Below are positions 8,908 to 16,564 of a stretch of DNA of 16,564 bases, piece after piece. Numbering within the stretch: the stretch's first letter is position 1; each line of letters opens with the position of its first letter. The position numbers and the translations under genes were made by a program. Source of the stretch: an uncultured Fibrobacterota bacterium (GTDB lineage Bacteria; Fibrobacterota; Chitinivibrionia; Chitinivibrionales; FEN-1185); the NCBI GenBank assembly GCA_963753345.1, contig CAVWBU010000014.1, positions 1-16,564 of the forward strand, given 5' to 3'. Under the pieces are notes generated by a model. That model saw only the letters and a program-made list of their open reading frames with translations. It did no database searches and was not told where the DNA came from.

Positions 8908-10833
8908 GTGAACTACCTCGGTTTCGCCCTCGACTCGTTCCAGGAAAAAGCGGTCCGCGCCATTGACGAAGGGAAGTCGCTCATCGTTGCCGCGCCCACC
9001 GGCTGCGGCAAGACGCTCGTGGCCGAATACGCGGCCGAGGCCTCCATGAAAACGGGCAGGCGGGTGATCTACACCGCACCCATCAAGGCCCTCTCCAACC
9101 AGAAGTTCCGCGACTTCCGCAAACGCTTCGGCGACGCCGTGGTCGGCATCCACACCGGCGACGTCACCATCAACCCCGAGGGCCGCATCCTCATCATGAC
9201 CACCGAGATATTCCGCAACCTCATCCTCGAAAACTCGCCGCGGCTCGGCGACGTCCTGTACGCGATCTTCGACGAAATCCATTACCTTGACGATCCGGAA
9301 CGCGGCACCGTGTGGGAGGAGAGCATCATCCTGGCGCCCCGCCACATCCGCTTCATGTGCCTGTCGGCCACCGTGCCCAACCTGCACGAGCTGGCGCAGT
9401 GGATGGAGGCGGTGCGGGGCTCGCAGGTGACCGTCATCGAGGAAAGCCACCGTCCGGTGCCGCTCAAGCATTTCCTGTACAGCCCCAAGTACAAGGTGAT
9501 GAACCTCAAGGAAGTGGCGCGGATGTACCTTAAGAACCCGAACCAGCGCAAGGCGCTGCTCCGGAAAAAACCGTCGGCGCGCAGCGTCGTGAAGCATGTG
9601 CTTGACACAGGGCATTACCCCATCCTGTATTTCTGCTTCAACCGCAACGGCTGCGAGCGCAACGCGCACATGCACTCGTGGCTAACGCTCCTGTCCCGTG
9701 AGGAGCATTCCCGGGTGCGCGTGATGGTGGACGACCTTGTGGAGCAGTATCATCTTGGGTCGTACGACCGGCTCCAGGCAATGCGGCAACTGTGGGAGAC
9801 CGGCGTCGCGTACCACCACGCGGGCATCCTGCCGGCGGCCAAAGAAATTGTGGAGCGCCTGTTTTCCTCGGGCCTCATCAAACTGCTGTTCTGCACCGAG
9901 ACCTTTGCGCTCGGCGTGAACATGCCTGCAAGCACCGTGATATTCGACACGCTGGAGAAATTCGACGGCGTGGATTTCAACTATCTCATGACGCGGCAGT
10001 ACAACCAGATCGCGGGCCGCGCCGGGCGCCGCGGCATGGATGAGGTGGGTTACGTGTATGCGCAGATCGTTCCCGAAGCCACCGACCCCCGGGAGGTCGA
10101 GCGGCTGTGGTCGGGCAGAAACGAGGTCATTTCGAGCAGGTTTTTCGCCTCATACTCCACGATTCTCTCTTTGTACAGCCAGTTCGGCGAGGGCTCGTTC
10201 GACCTTTTCAGAAAGAGCCTGCGCAATTTCCGCAAGGGGCAGTTCTCCTTCACGCATTCCTACCGCCAGGAGGAGGAGCAGATTGTCAATCGCATCGCGT
10301 TTCTGCAGGCCGCGGGGTTTCTGTCCGGGACCACCCTCACCGACAAGGGCAGGCTCGCCATGGCGGTGAACGGCTACGAGATCCAGGCGGCCGAGCTGTA
10401 TTACTCGCGCAGCTTCGACGAATGCAGCGCGGCGCAGCTTCCCGTGGTGATCGCGGCGCTCATCACCGAGGAGAGCAGGAGGCGGAACGCGCGGCCGGTC
10501 TCCGATGTCAAGATGCGGTTCCACGCCGAAGGGGTCATCCACAGGCTCCGCTCGAGGGAAATCCGCCACAACATCGACGCGCCGGTCCGCGAGCTCGATT
10601 TTTCGCTGGCCGCGCCCGTATTCGCCTGGGCGAGCGGCTGCACGCTGTCCGAGCTCGAATCGTTCGGCGTGCCCGAAGGAGATTTGGTGCGCGTGCTCAG
10701 AATGACGGTGCAGTTGCTGCGGACATTGAGAGACACAATTCCCGATCCGTTTATTGCGGACAGAATGCACGAGTCGCTTGCGCTTGTCAATAGGGGAGTG
10801 GTTGATGCGCAGGCGGAGCTTGAGGTGGCCTAA
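8908..10833 (+). CDS. Ski2-like (HelY/DOB1/SKI2 family) DExH-box RNA helicase with DSHCT-type C-terminus
   Basis: Motifs APTGCGKT, PIKALSNQK, TGD, MTTEIFRN, DEIH, LSAT, HHAG, TETFALGVNMPA, QIAGRAGRRG and C-terminal EGDLVRVLR. Confidence 0.93.
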   Translation: MNYLGFALDSFQEKAVRAIDEGKSLIVAAPTGCGKTLVAEYAAEASMKTGRRVIYTAPIKALSNQKFRDFRKRFGDAVVGIHTGDVTINPEGRILIMTTEIFRNLILENSPRLGDVLYAIFDEIHYLDDPERGTVWEESIILAPRHIRFMCLSATVPNLHELAQWMEAVRGSQVTVIEESHRPVPLKHFLYSPKYKVMNLKEVARMYLKNPNQRKALLRKKPSARSVVKHVLDTGHYPILYFCFNRNGCERNAHMHSWLTLLSREEHSRVRVMVDDLVEQYHLGSYDRLQAMRQLWETGVAYHHAGILPAAKEIVERLFSSGLIKLLFCTETFALGVNMPASTVIFDTLEKFDGVDFNYLMTRQYNQIAGRAGRRGMDEVGYVYAQIVPEATDPREVERLWSGRNEVISSRFFASYSTILSLYSQFGEGSFDLFRKSLRNFRKGQFSFTHSYRQEEEQIVNRIAFLQAAGFLSGTTLTDKGRLAMAVNGYEIQAAELYYSRSFDECSAAQLPVVIAALITEESRRRNARPVSDVKMRFHAEGVIHRLRSREIRHNIDAPVRELDFSLAAPVFAWASGCTLSELESFGVPEGDLVRVLRMTVQLLRTLRDTIPDPFIADRMHESLALVNRGVVDAQAELEVA

Positions 10834-10902
10834 TAATTTATTTCATTTTGTGCAACCAGAGAGGATTTTTGCGGTATGCCTACGGCGTTTTCTCGAAAAG
10901 AG

Positions 10903-11020
10903 ACCACGCCCTATGGGCGTGGTGCACAATGTTACGCTAAAGCGCTGACGCGCTTTTCTTTGATTTCGGGGGTTACACCCCCTCATCAAAGAACCACGGC
11001 CTATGGCCGTGGTTCTTTAC
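10903..11020. mobile_element. Putative non-autonomous palindromic miniature element (IS200/IS605-end-like, PATE/REP-like)
   Basis: Two related palindromes, ACCACGCCC-TAT-GGGCGTGGT (10903-10923) and AAAGAACCACGGCC-TAT-GGCCGTGGTTCTTT (10988-11018), enclose two more hairpins (10939-10956 and 10956-10993). No transposase is present. Confidence 0.55.
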
Positions 11021-11086
11021 TTCCAATTCCTAATTAGAAATATTATTGCGGGGGAAGTATCCCCCTCGCTCCGGCCCTTCGACACC

Positions 11087-14002
11087 ATGGAAACACAACT
11101 TTCCCCGCGCGCTTCGCGCGCTTCGCGCGCAAGCGGCCGCCTGATGTGGCTTGTGTACTTCCTGTTCTGCCTGTCGGGGTGCATCGGGCTGGTGTACGAA
11201 GCGCTCTGGGCGCGGTACCTCAAGATTTTCCTGGGCCATTCGTCCTACGGGCAGATCATCACTCTGGTGATCTACATGGGCGGGCTCGGCGCAGGCAGCT
11301 TTATAAGCGGGAAAATCGGCAGGCGCACCCGAAACGCATTTCTTCTTTACGCAAGCATCGAGTTTCTTGTGGGCATGGGCGGATTTGTCTTTCACGAAGA
11401 GTTCGTGTCCGTCACCCGGGTCTTTTTCAACACGGTAAGGCACAGCAGTCTGTCTCCTTTGTCAGTCCATGTCTACAAGGTGCTGACTTCCATCGCGCTT
11501 GCCGGGCCGGTTTCCGTGCTTCTGGGCATGACCTTCCCCGCGCTGGCCATCGCGGTCATGCGGTTGACCAAAGACCAGGGCAGGGTCTCGCTTCCCCGGC
11601 TTTATTTCACGAATTCCCTGGGCGCCGCGGCCGGGATCGTGCTTACGTCCTATGTGCTTGTTCCCGGTTTCGGGACGCCGGGGGCGCTCGCGCTTGCCGC
11701 GGCCGGAAACATGGTGATTGCCGCGGGGTTCTGGTTTATTTCCCGTTTCGCAAATGCCGGCGGAGAAACCCTCTTTTCCGCCGGTTCTCCCGGCGTGCAG
11801 ACAGCTGCCTCGGGAATCAAAAACCCAGTGGTGTTCTGGCTCGCGATCGCCGCGGCAACCGGAATGTCGTCTTTTGTCTACGAAACCGGCTGGACAAGGC
11901 TCATAAGCCTTCTTCTGGGCTCCTCCACCCATGCCTTTGACATAATGATATCTGCATTTATTCTGGGGCTTGCGCTGGGCGGGCTCTTCTCGGCGCGCAT
12001 CCTCAAGAAGCCGGACAGCGCAGGGCCGGCGCTTGCAGTAATCCAGGTGTGCATGGGCGGCCTGGCCCTGGCCAGCCTGTACCTTTACAAACCGTTTTTC
12101 CTGGCCGTCAACACCTTTAACGACATACTCCTGCGCACCGAAGTTTCCTATGCAGTCTACTCGGTGTTCAAATACGTCCTCTGCGTGGCGCTGGTGAGCC
12201 CGGCAAGTTTTTTTGCGGGAATGACCCTGCCACTGCTTACCTATGTGCTTGTCCGGAGGACCGGCAATGAAAAGCATGTGGGCTACCTGTACGGCTGGAA
12301 TACGCTTGGCTCCATTGCGGGCGCAGCTCTAGGCGGCATGGTGCTGCTTCCCGCACTCCAGCTCAAGATGACAATCGCGTCCGGCGCGTTTATCGACATA
12401 GGCCTGGGACTGCTTTTATGTGCACTGTTCGTTACAAACGCGACTCGGCGATCTGCTCTCTTTGGCGCGGCTTTGGCAAGCAGCGTACCGGTCTTCTTTG
12501 TCTCTCTCGATCCCGGCGTCGTGACCAGCGGAGCTTTCAGGTCGCATGCAGACTTCGGCAGCCGCCTCGAAACAGTGACGCAGCGCGACGGTGCGACCGC
12601 CACCATTTCTTTTCACCGCAGAAGCGATGTTGCGTTCATCAAGACCAACGGCAAGACCGATGCGAGCGCGGCGCCCGGCGGCGCCGCGGCTGTGGTGGAC
12701 GAGTACACACAGGCGGCCCTTGCCTTTTATCCCATGAGCGTAATTGAGAAAAGGTATTCCGCCGCCGTTATCGGATTCGGCAGCGGCATGACCGCCCACT
12801 ACCTGCTGTGCGACCCTTTGCTGGAACGCGTGGATATTGTCGAAATAGAAAAGGAGATGGTGCGGCTCGCGAAGGGCTTTTTGCCCGCCAACCGCAGGGT
12901 GTTCGAAGATTCCCGCGCCAGAATCGTCATCGACGATGCGAAAACCTATTTCAACACCTCGAGGAAGACCTACGACCTGATCGTGTCCGAGCCTTCCAAC
13001 CCGTGGGTGAGCGGCGTCTCGGGCCTGTTTACCGCCGAGTTCTACCGCGACGTCGTGCCGTTCCTCGCGGACAGCGGCCTCATGGTGCAATGGCTCCATC
13101 TTTACGAATTCAATTCCGATCTCGTGCTCGGTGTTGTCAAGGCGCTTTCAACGACGTTTCCCGAAATAAAAATCTACGCGGTGCCTGCAGCTTCCACCGA
13201 CATCGTTATCCTCGCGTCAAGGAGACCTTTTTCGTTCGGGCCCGCTCAAAGGTTCCGCACGCCGGACATTCTTGAGCATATCCGCCTGCTCAGGGACGAC
13301 CCCGCGCTTTTTGGGGAACGCAATTTCCTGGTGACCGGCCGCAGCCTCACGCCGCTTCTGCGCTACTTTCGCCCTAACTCCGATTACTTCCCGATCCTCG
13401 ACAACGGCGCGGAAAAGGCCTTTTTCCTCCGGTCGCAGGCCCGGCTTTTTGCGCCATTTACGTCCACGTCTGTTTCGTATCAAGAGTTCATGGACCCGGA
13501 AATGGCGGCAGTGGTGCGAACGGAACGCGAAAAGGTTTATCGTGAGGTTCACAAGAATATCGTCGCGGCAGCCAATTTGTCCGGTCATGCCGAATCAGGA
13601 CAGTCTGGACCGCAGCTGGGAGCCATTGAGAACGTCGTGTTTTCATACTTCACCGTGGGCACGGCTGCGGCCGAGTGGGACACTTTGCGGCCTGTCGTGC
13701 AATTCCGCCGTTTCGCAGCCGAAGGCCGGCTCACTGCTTCGCAACGATTCCGCTTTCGAGTGCTCGACTGTCTTGAACATGGCGATTCCGCGGCTGTGCA
13801 TTCCACAGCGCTCGCAGCAGCAGATTCATTGCCGGCCGGAGAGACAGGCAATGATTTTGTGCGCCTGCTTGTGTCGGTTGCTGTGAAGAACAACGATCGC
13901 GGATTGCTTGACAAAATCTATTGGAGATTCATGGCACGGAATCCCGCGTTTGAGAAGACCGAGAGGATGATGATTGCGGAGAGGATAAGGGCAATGCGAT
14001 AG
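11087..14002 (+). CDS. Membrane-fused spermidine-synthase-like protein (multi-TM domain plus SAM-dependent transferase fold)
   Basis: Duplicated TM module (SGCIGLVYEALWARYL / TGMSSFVYETGWTRLI), then VIGFGSGMT, VEIE, DDAK and YDLIVSEPSNPWVSGVSGLFTAEFY. The ORF-track ATG 11003 lies inside the palindrome, so 11087 (or 11144) is more likely. Confidence 0.88.
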   Translation: METQLSPRASRASRASGRLMWLVYFLFCLSGCIGLVYEALWARYLKIFLGHSSYGQIITLVIYMGGLGAGSFISGKIGRRTRNAFLLYASIEFLVGMGGFVFHEEFVSVTRVFFNTVRHSSLSPLSVHVYKVLTSIALAGPVSVLLGMTFPALAIAVMRLTKDQGRVSLPRLYFTNSLGAAAGIVLTSYVLVPGFGTPGALALAAAGNMVIAAGFWFISRFANAGGETLFSAGSPGVQTAASGIKNPVVFWLAIAAATGMSSFVYETGWTRLISLLLGSSTHAFDIMISAFILGLALGGLFSARILKKPDSAGPALAVIQVCMGGLALASLYLYKPFFLAVNTFNDILLRTEVSYAVYSVFKYVLCVALVSPASFFAGMTLPLLTYVLVRRTGNEKHVGYLYGWNTLGSIAGAALGGMVLLPALQLKMTIASGAFIDIGLGLLLCALFVTNATRRSALFGAALASSVPVFFVSLDPGVVTSGAFRSHADFGSRLETVTQRDGATATISFHRRSDVAFIKTNGKTDASAAPGGAAAVVDEYTQAALAFYPMSVIEKRYSAAVIGFGSGMTAHYLLCDPLLERVDIVEIEKEMVRLAKGFLPANRRVFEDSRARIVIDDAKTYFNTSRKTYDLIVSEPSNPWVSGVSGLFTAEFYRDVVPFLADSGLMVQWLHLYEFNSDLVLGVVKALSTTFPEIKIYAVPAASTDIVILASRRPFSFGPAQRFRTPDILEHIRLLRDDPALFGERNFLVTGRSLTPLLRYFRPNSDYFPILDNGAEKAFFLRSQARLFAPFTSTSVSYQEFMDPEMAAVVRTEREKVYREVHKNIVAAANLSGHAESGQSGPQLGAIENVVFSYFTVGTAAAEWDTLRPVVQFRRFAAEGRLTASQRFRFRVLDCLEHGDSAAVHSTALAAADSLPAGETGNDFVRLLVSVAVKNNDRGLLDKIYWRFMARNPAFEKTERMMIAERIRAMR

Positions 14003-14105
14003 ATGGAAGGCGTTCGGCGGAAGAAAGGTATACAAGGCAAGAAAAAGCATCCGGGAGGGGGAAGTACAGCCTGTCTCAAAACTCAAGAGAAGATTTGGGC
14101 GCCCC

Positions 14106-14210
14106 GCTTGGCTAGACCGGCCTTTCCGGTCAGCAGGAGGGGCCTGTCTTCTGCCAGAGAACACTTTCTTTCAAAGAGGCTTGAATAGAGTGGAATTGAA
14201 AGTATATTAT
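14106..14210 (+). repeat. Repeat copy A (blocks Y+Z) ending in a putative sigma70 promoter for the GH16 gene
   Basis: 14106-14137 matches 15436-15467 at 30/32 nt. 14127-14182 aligns with 15574-15631 (about 46/58 by manual alignment). TTGAAT at 14181-14186 is followed by TATATT/TATTAT at 14203-14210. Confidence 0.85.
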
Positions 14211-14232
14211 GAGGGTAAAAGGAGCCAGAAAT

Positions 14233-15297
14233 ATGAACAACTTTAACGAGTGTCCTTTGTCAGGAATACTTCCATTATTATTTGTACTATTATTCATTGC
14301 GATTGCGTCCGCAGCCCCGCCGTCAGGTTATTCCCTTGTCTGGTCTGATGAATTCGACAGCACGGCACTTGATACAAACAATTGGAGTTATGATACAGGC
14401 GGATATTGGCCTACTCCACAGCAACAATTTTATACCAACGGCCTTAATATGTCTTTTGAAAACGGCTCTGCGATCCTTTGGGCGAAAAAGCAGACATACG
14501 GCCAAAATCCCTACACTTCTTGCTACATCACCACCCAAGGCAAACGAGAATTCAAATACGGCTATATCGAAGTGAGGCTGGAAGGTCCCTACGGCATTGG
14601 GCCGTGGGCGGTATTCTGGATGATGGGAGCAAATTACCCTACCGTGTCGTGGCCGGAGTGTGGAGAAATTGAAATATATGATCAAATGACAGGGCCTCGA
14701 AACTTTAATGCAGCATCTCCCGGCGATAGTGGCTATGTTGTATCTTGTGATTTTGCAGGGACCACTGGCGGACCAATTTATAATCGTCAACCCTACGGTT
14801 ATACGGAATGCCTGTGCAATAATTATCATTTGTATGCCATTGAATGGGACTCTCTCGGAATTAAGTATTTCTTCGATGGCAAGGAATTCTGGGAATATGA
14901 CACCATCAACGCAAGCTACAATTTCTCTTCCTTTCATCAGCCTTTTTGTTTCATTGCAAATCTTATAGTATATGGCTATATAACTGATACAACCATCTTC
15001 CCACAGAAGATGTCCATCGACTACGTCCGGGTGTATCAGAAGAGCACACAGGTAAAAGCTAGTCCGCAGAAAAGCGCATTGAAAATCTTTACTTTATCGA
15101 ATCCGTCACAAGCCCAATTGAGGGTATATAACCTCCAAGGCCGCTTGATCGCTGATTACACCGACAGAGTAAGGATCATGAAAACCGGTGAGAATGTGAT
15201 GAAGGGCATAGCATCAAATTTACCCATCGGAATATATGTGACCAGGCTCTTTGACGGTGTGAAAACGGTCTCGGAAAAGCTGGTCATCCAGAAATAA
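14233..15297 (+). CDS. Secreted glycoside hydrolase family 16 (laminarinase-like fold) with T9SS-type C-terminal domain
   Basis: AAGGAG RBS 8 nt before ATG 14233. Signal peptide ending ASA, then LVWSDEF, FKYGYIEVR, WPECGEIEIYD, YHLYAIEW and MSIDYVRVYQ. The C-terminus has VYNLQGRLI...GIYVTRL...KLVIQK. Confidence 0.9.
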   Translation: MNNFNECPLSGILPLLFVLLFIAIASAAPPSGYSLVWSDEFDSTALDTNNWSYDTGGYWPTPQQQFYTNGLNMSFENGSAILWAKKQTYGQNPYTSCYITTQGKREFKYGYIEVRLEGPYGIGPWAVFWMMGANYPTVSWPECGEIEIYDQMTGPRNFNAASPGDSGYVVSCDFAGTTGGPIYNRQPYGYTECLCNNYHLYAIEWDSLGIKYFFDGKEFWEYDTINASYNFSSFHQPFCFIANLIVYGYITDTTIFPQKMSIDYVRVYQKSTQVKASPQKSALKIFTLSNPSQAQLRVYNLQGRLIADYTDRVRIMKTGENVMKGIASNLPIGIYVTRLFDGVKTVSEKLVIQK

Positions 15298-15375
15298 GGT
15301 ACATGAATTGCCAGTGTCTTTTATCCTCTTCAATAAGTAATTCAGCCCTTCGTCCCTTTGTCCTAGCCCCTCGCC

Positions 15376-15494
15376 CCGTGACGCCCAACTGAACCGTACC
15401 CCTTATCCATGGAATATCTACTGAGTCAAGGTCTGGCTTGGCTTGACAGGCCTTTCCGGTCAGCAGGTGGAGAACCGGTGGACCCAAGTTGTCG
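15376..15494 (+). repeat. Repeat copy B (blocks X+Y), first unit of a ~119-bp tandem duplication
   Basis: 15376-15427 matches 15495-15545 at 47/52 nt, including TATCCATGGAATATCTACTG. 15436-15467 matches 14106-14137. Confidence 0.9.
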
Positions 15495-15658
15495 CCGTGA
15501 CGCCCAATTGACCCATACCCCTATCCATGGAATATCTACTGGGTCTCATTTCTGGTGTGCTAGAGTGGACTTGCGGTCAGCAAGAGCGGCCCTGGTTTTC
15601 TGCCAGAAAACGGTTTCTTTGAAAAAGACTTCACTTTTGGGGTGTTTGGGTGTATTAT
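15495..15658 (+). repeat. Repeat copy C (blocks X+Y+Z) ending in a putative sigma70 promoter for the lipoprotein gene
   Basis: X block as in copy B, a diverged Y block (GCTAGA...CGGTCAGCA), and a Z block homologous to copy A. TTCACT (15630-15635), 17 nt, then TATTAT (15653-15658). Confidence 0.85.
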
Positions 15659-15781
15659 TGGGTGAGGGCGGGGCATTGGCGCCACACTGTGCGCCAAGCA
15701 GGTGGAGTGAGTGGTCAGCCACAAGGCACTTCAAAATCGAAGGTTTCCAGTGCAGGCCGCCGTATTGCGGGGGGTAAGAAT

Positions 15782-16441
15782 ATGAAGCAACTTATGACAT
15801 TGCCAGCTGTATTGATGCTCGTGGCAATGTGCTCGAATCCTGTGACACACCATTCCGTCTCAAAGGTCGACTTTGCACCGATAGCTCTGGGAAATACCTG
15901 GGTGTATGCGTGCAGTGATGAAATATGTTGTCCATGTGTCTCCTCAATTGGCCTGAAGACAATGACTATCATAACAGTAGATAGTATGAAAGACCGCATC
16001 GTCTTTGAAGTAAAAATACGAGACAGTTTACTCTCGGAAATGACGGACTGCGATACTGTCATATACGATTCATTGACCTCAGATACTTCATATACCGATA
16101 CCCTTGTCAAGTTCTATGATGTAGACACCATTAAAAACTTGCAGGGGGAATATCCGCCGAGCGGCGTAAATTATGCGTCATCTGGCGTATACTTTGGTCT
16201 AACGACCATTCCACCAAAGGACACATTAGTGACTGATACAATAACTAAATACAACAACCTCATAGAATGTGTATTACCTGGATACATGTATTGGGATTTA
16301 ACACAAACATATTTACAGAATGTAGGAATAACATACTATGCTTGGCAATTATGTCCCATGAATGCTTCAGTATCTGGTGGATATCACGCGGTTCTTCTGA
16401 CTTTCAACGGCAAGACGCCGGAACAAATTTCTAAAGAGTGA
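15782..16441 (+). CDS. Putative lipoprotein of unknown function, Cys-rich and probably beta-rich
   Basis: 219 aa from ATG 15782, with a G-rich SD upstream. MKQ plus a hydrophobic stretch plus VAM|CSNP forms a lipobox-like signal. Also FAPIALGNTWVY and YLQNVGI segments. Visibly AT-richer than the core genes. Confidence 0.75.
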   Translation: MKQLMTLPAVLMLVAMCSNPVTHHSVSKVDFAPIALGNTWVYACSDEICCPCVSSIGLKTMTIITVDSMKDRIVFEVKIRDSLLSEMTDCDTVIYDSLTSDTSYTDTLVKFYDVDTIKNLQGEYPPSGVNYASSGVYFGLTTIPPKDTLVTDTITKYNNLIECVLPGYMYWDLTQTYLQNVGITYYAWQLCPMNASVSGGYHAVLLTFNGKTPEQISKE

Positions 16442-16564
16442 ACAACATTCTCATGAAAACCAGGAACAAAAGGGCATGCGAATGCCGGTACTTTGCAAAG
16501 GCGATTTTCGGGAGAGGGGAGACGGTGAAGGGGTTTACGGTGGTGAGGTGAGGAGGCGAACGGT

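Noticed and set aside
5351-9675. Long minus-strand ORFs (5351..6229, 6341..7051, 6778..8583, 8860..9675)
   Set aside because: Antisense shadows of GC-rich selC, selA, selB and the helicase.
11003-11086. N-terminal extension of the membrane protein from ATG 11003
   Set aside because: The ATG lies within the palindromic element, and family-like sequence starts only after about 11140.
11108-11134. 9-nt tandem repeat CGCGCTTCG (RAS-RAS-RAS)
   Set aside because: A short in-frame duplication in a variable N-terminus, with no functional evidence.
15383-15494. Integron attC site (GCCCAAC at 15383 ... GTTGTCG at 15488)
   Set aside because: The R' box is not GTTRRRY or complementary to R'', L-box pairing is poor, and no integrase is in view.
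15376-15545. CRISPR array
   Set aside because: Only two ~52-nt imperfect copies, the intervening sequences are themselves homologous, and there are no cas genes.
13987-16520. AAGGGC(A)ATGCGA and CGGGAG-rich similarity between 13987-14063 and 16470-16520
   Set aside because: Matches are too short and purine-biased to distinguish from chance. Worth rechecking with downstream sequence.
1-16564. UGA-readthrough selenoprotein gene or selD near the sel cluster
   Set aside because: None seen. The TGA stops fall at natural protein ends and I saw no convincing in-frame continuation.

Overview
Bacterial DNA, probably from the FCB group (Fibrobacterota-like; this is an inference from a T9SS-type C-terminal domain). 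It has four blocks. (1) A minus-strand polysaccharide locus: a wza-like exporter, a wzc-like tyrosine autokinase, a ~580-nt intergenic gap rich in hairpins, a hexapeptide N-acetyltransferase and a DegT-family aminotransferase that runs off the window. (2) A divergent selenocysteine cluster, selC-selA-selB. The tRNA-Sec has an atypical acceptor end, selA has one +1 frameshift and selB has two. (3) A compact Ski2/HelY-like helicase, a ~118-bp multi-hairpin element resembling an IS200/IS605-derived palindromic miniature element, and a membrane-fused spermidine-synthase-like protein. (4) An AT-richer accessory block: a secreted GH16 protein with an altered catalytic motif (EIEIYD) and a Cys-rich lipoprotein. 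Each of these two genes is preceded by a homologous promoter-bearing repeat, and the GH16 gene is bracketed by a 30/32-nt direct repeat. Best leads: the repeat-plus-cargo cassette-like array, the structured RNA downstream of wzc, and the unusual and frameshifted Sec machinery.
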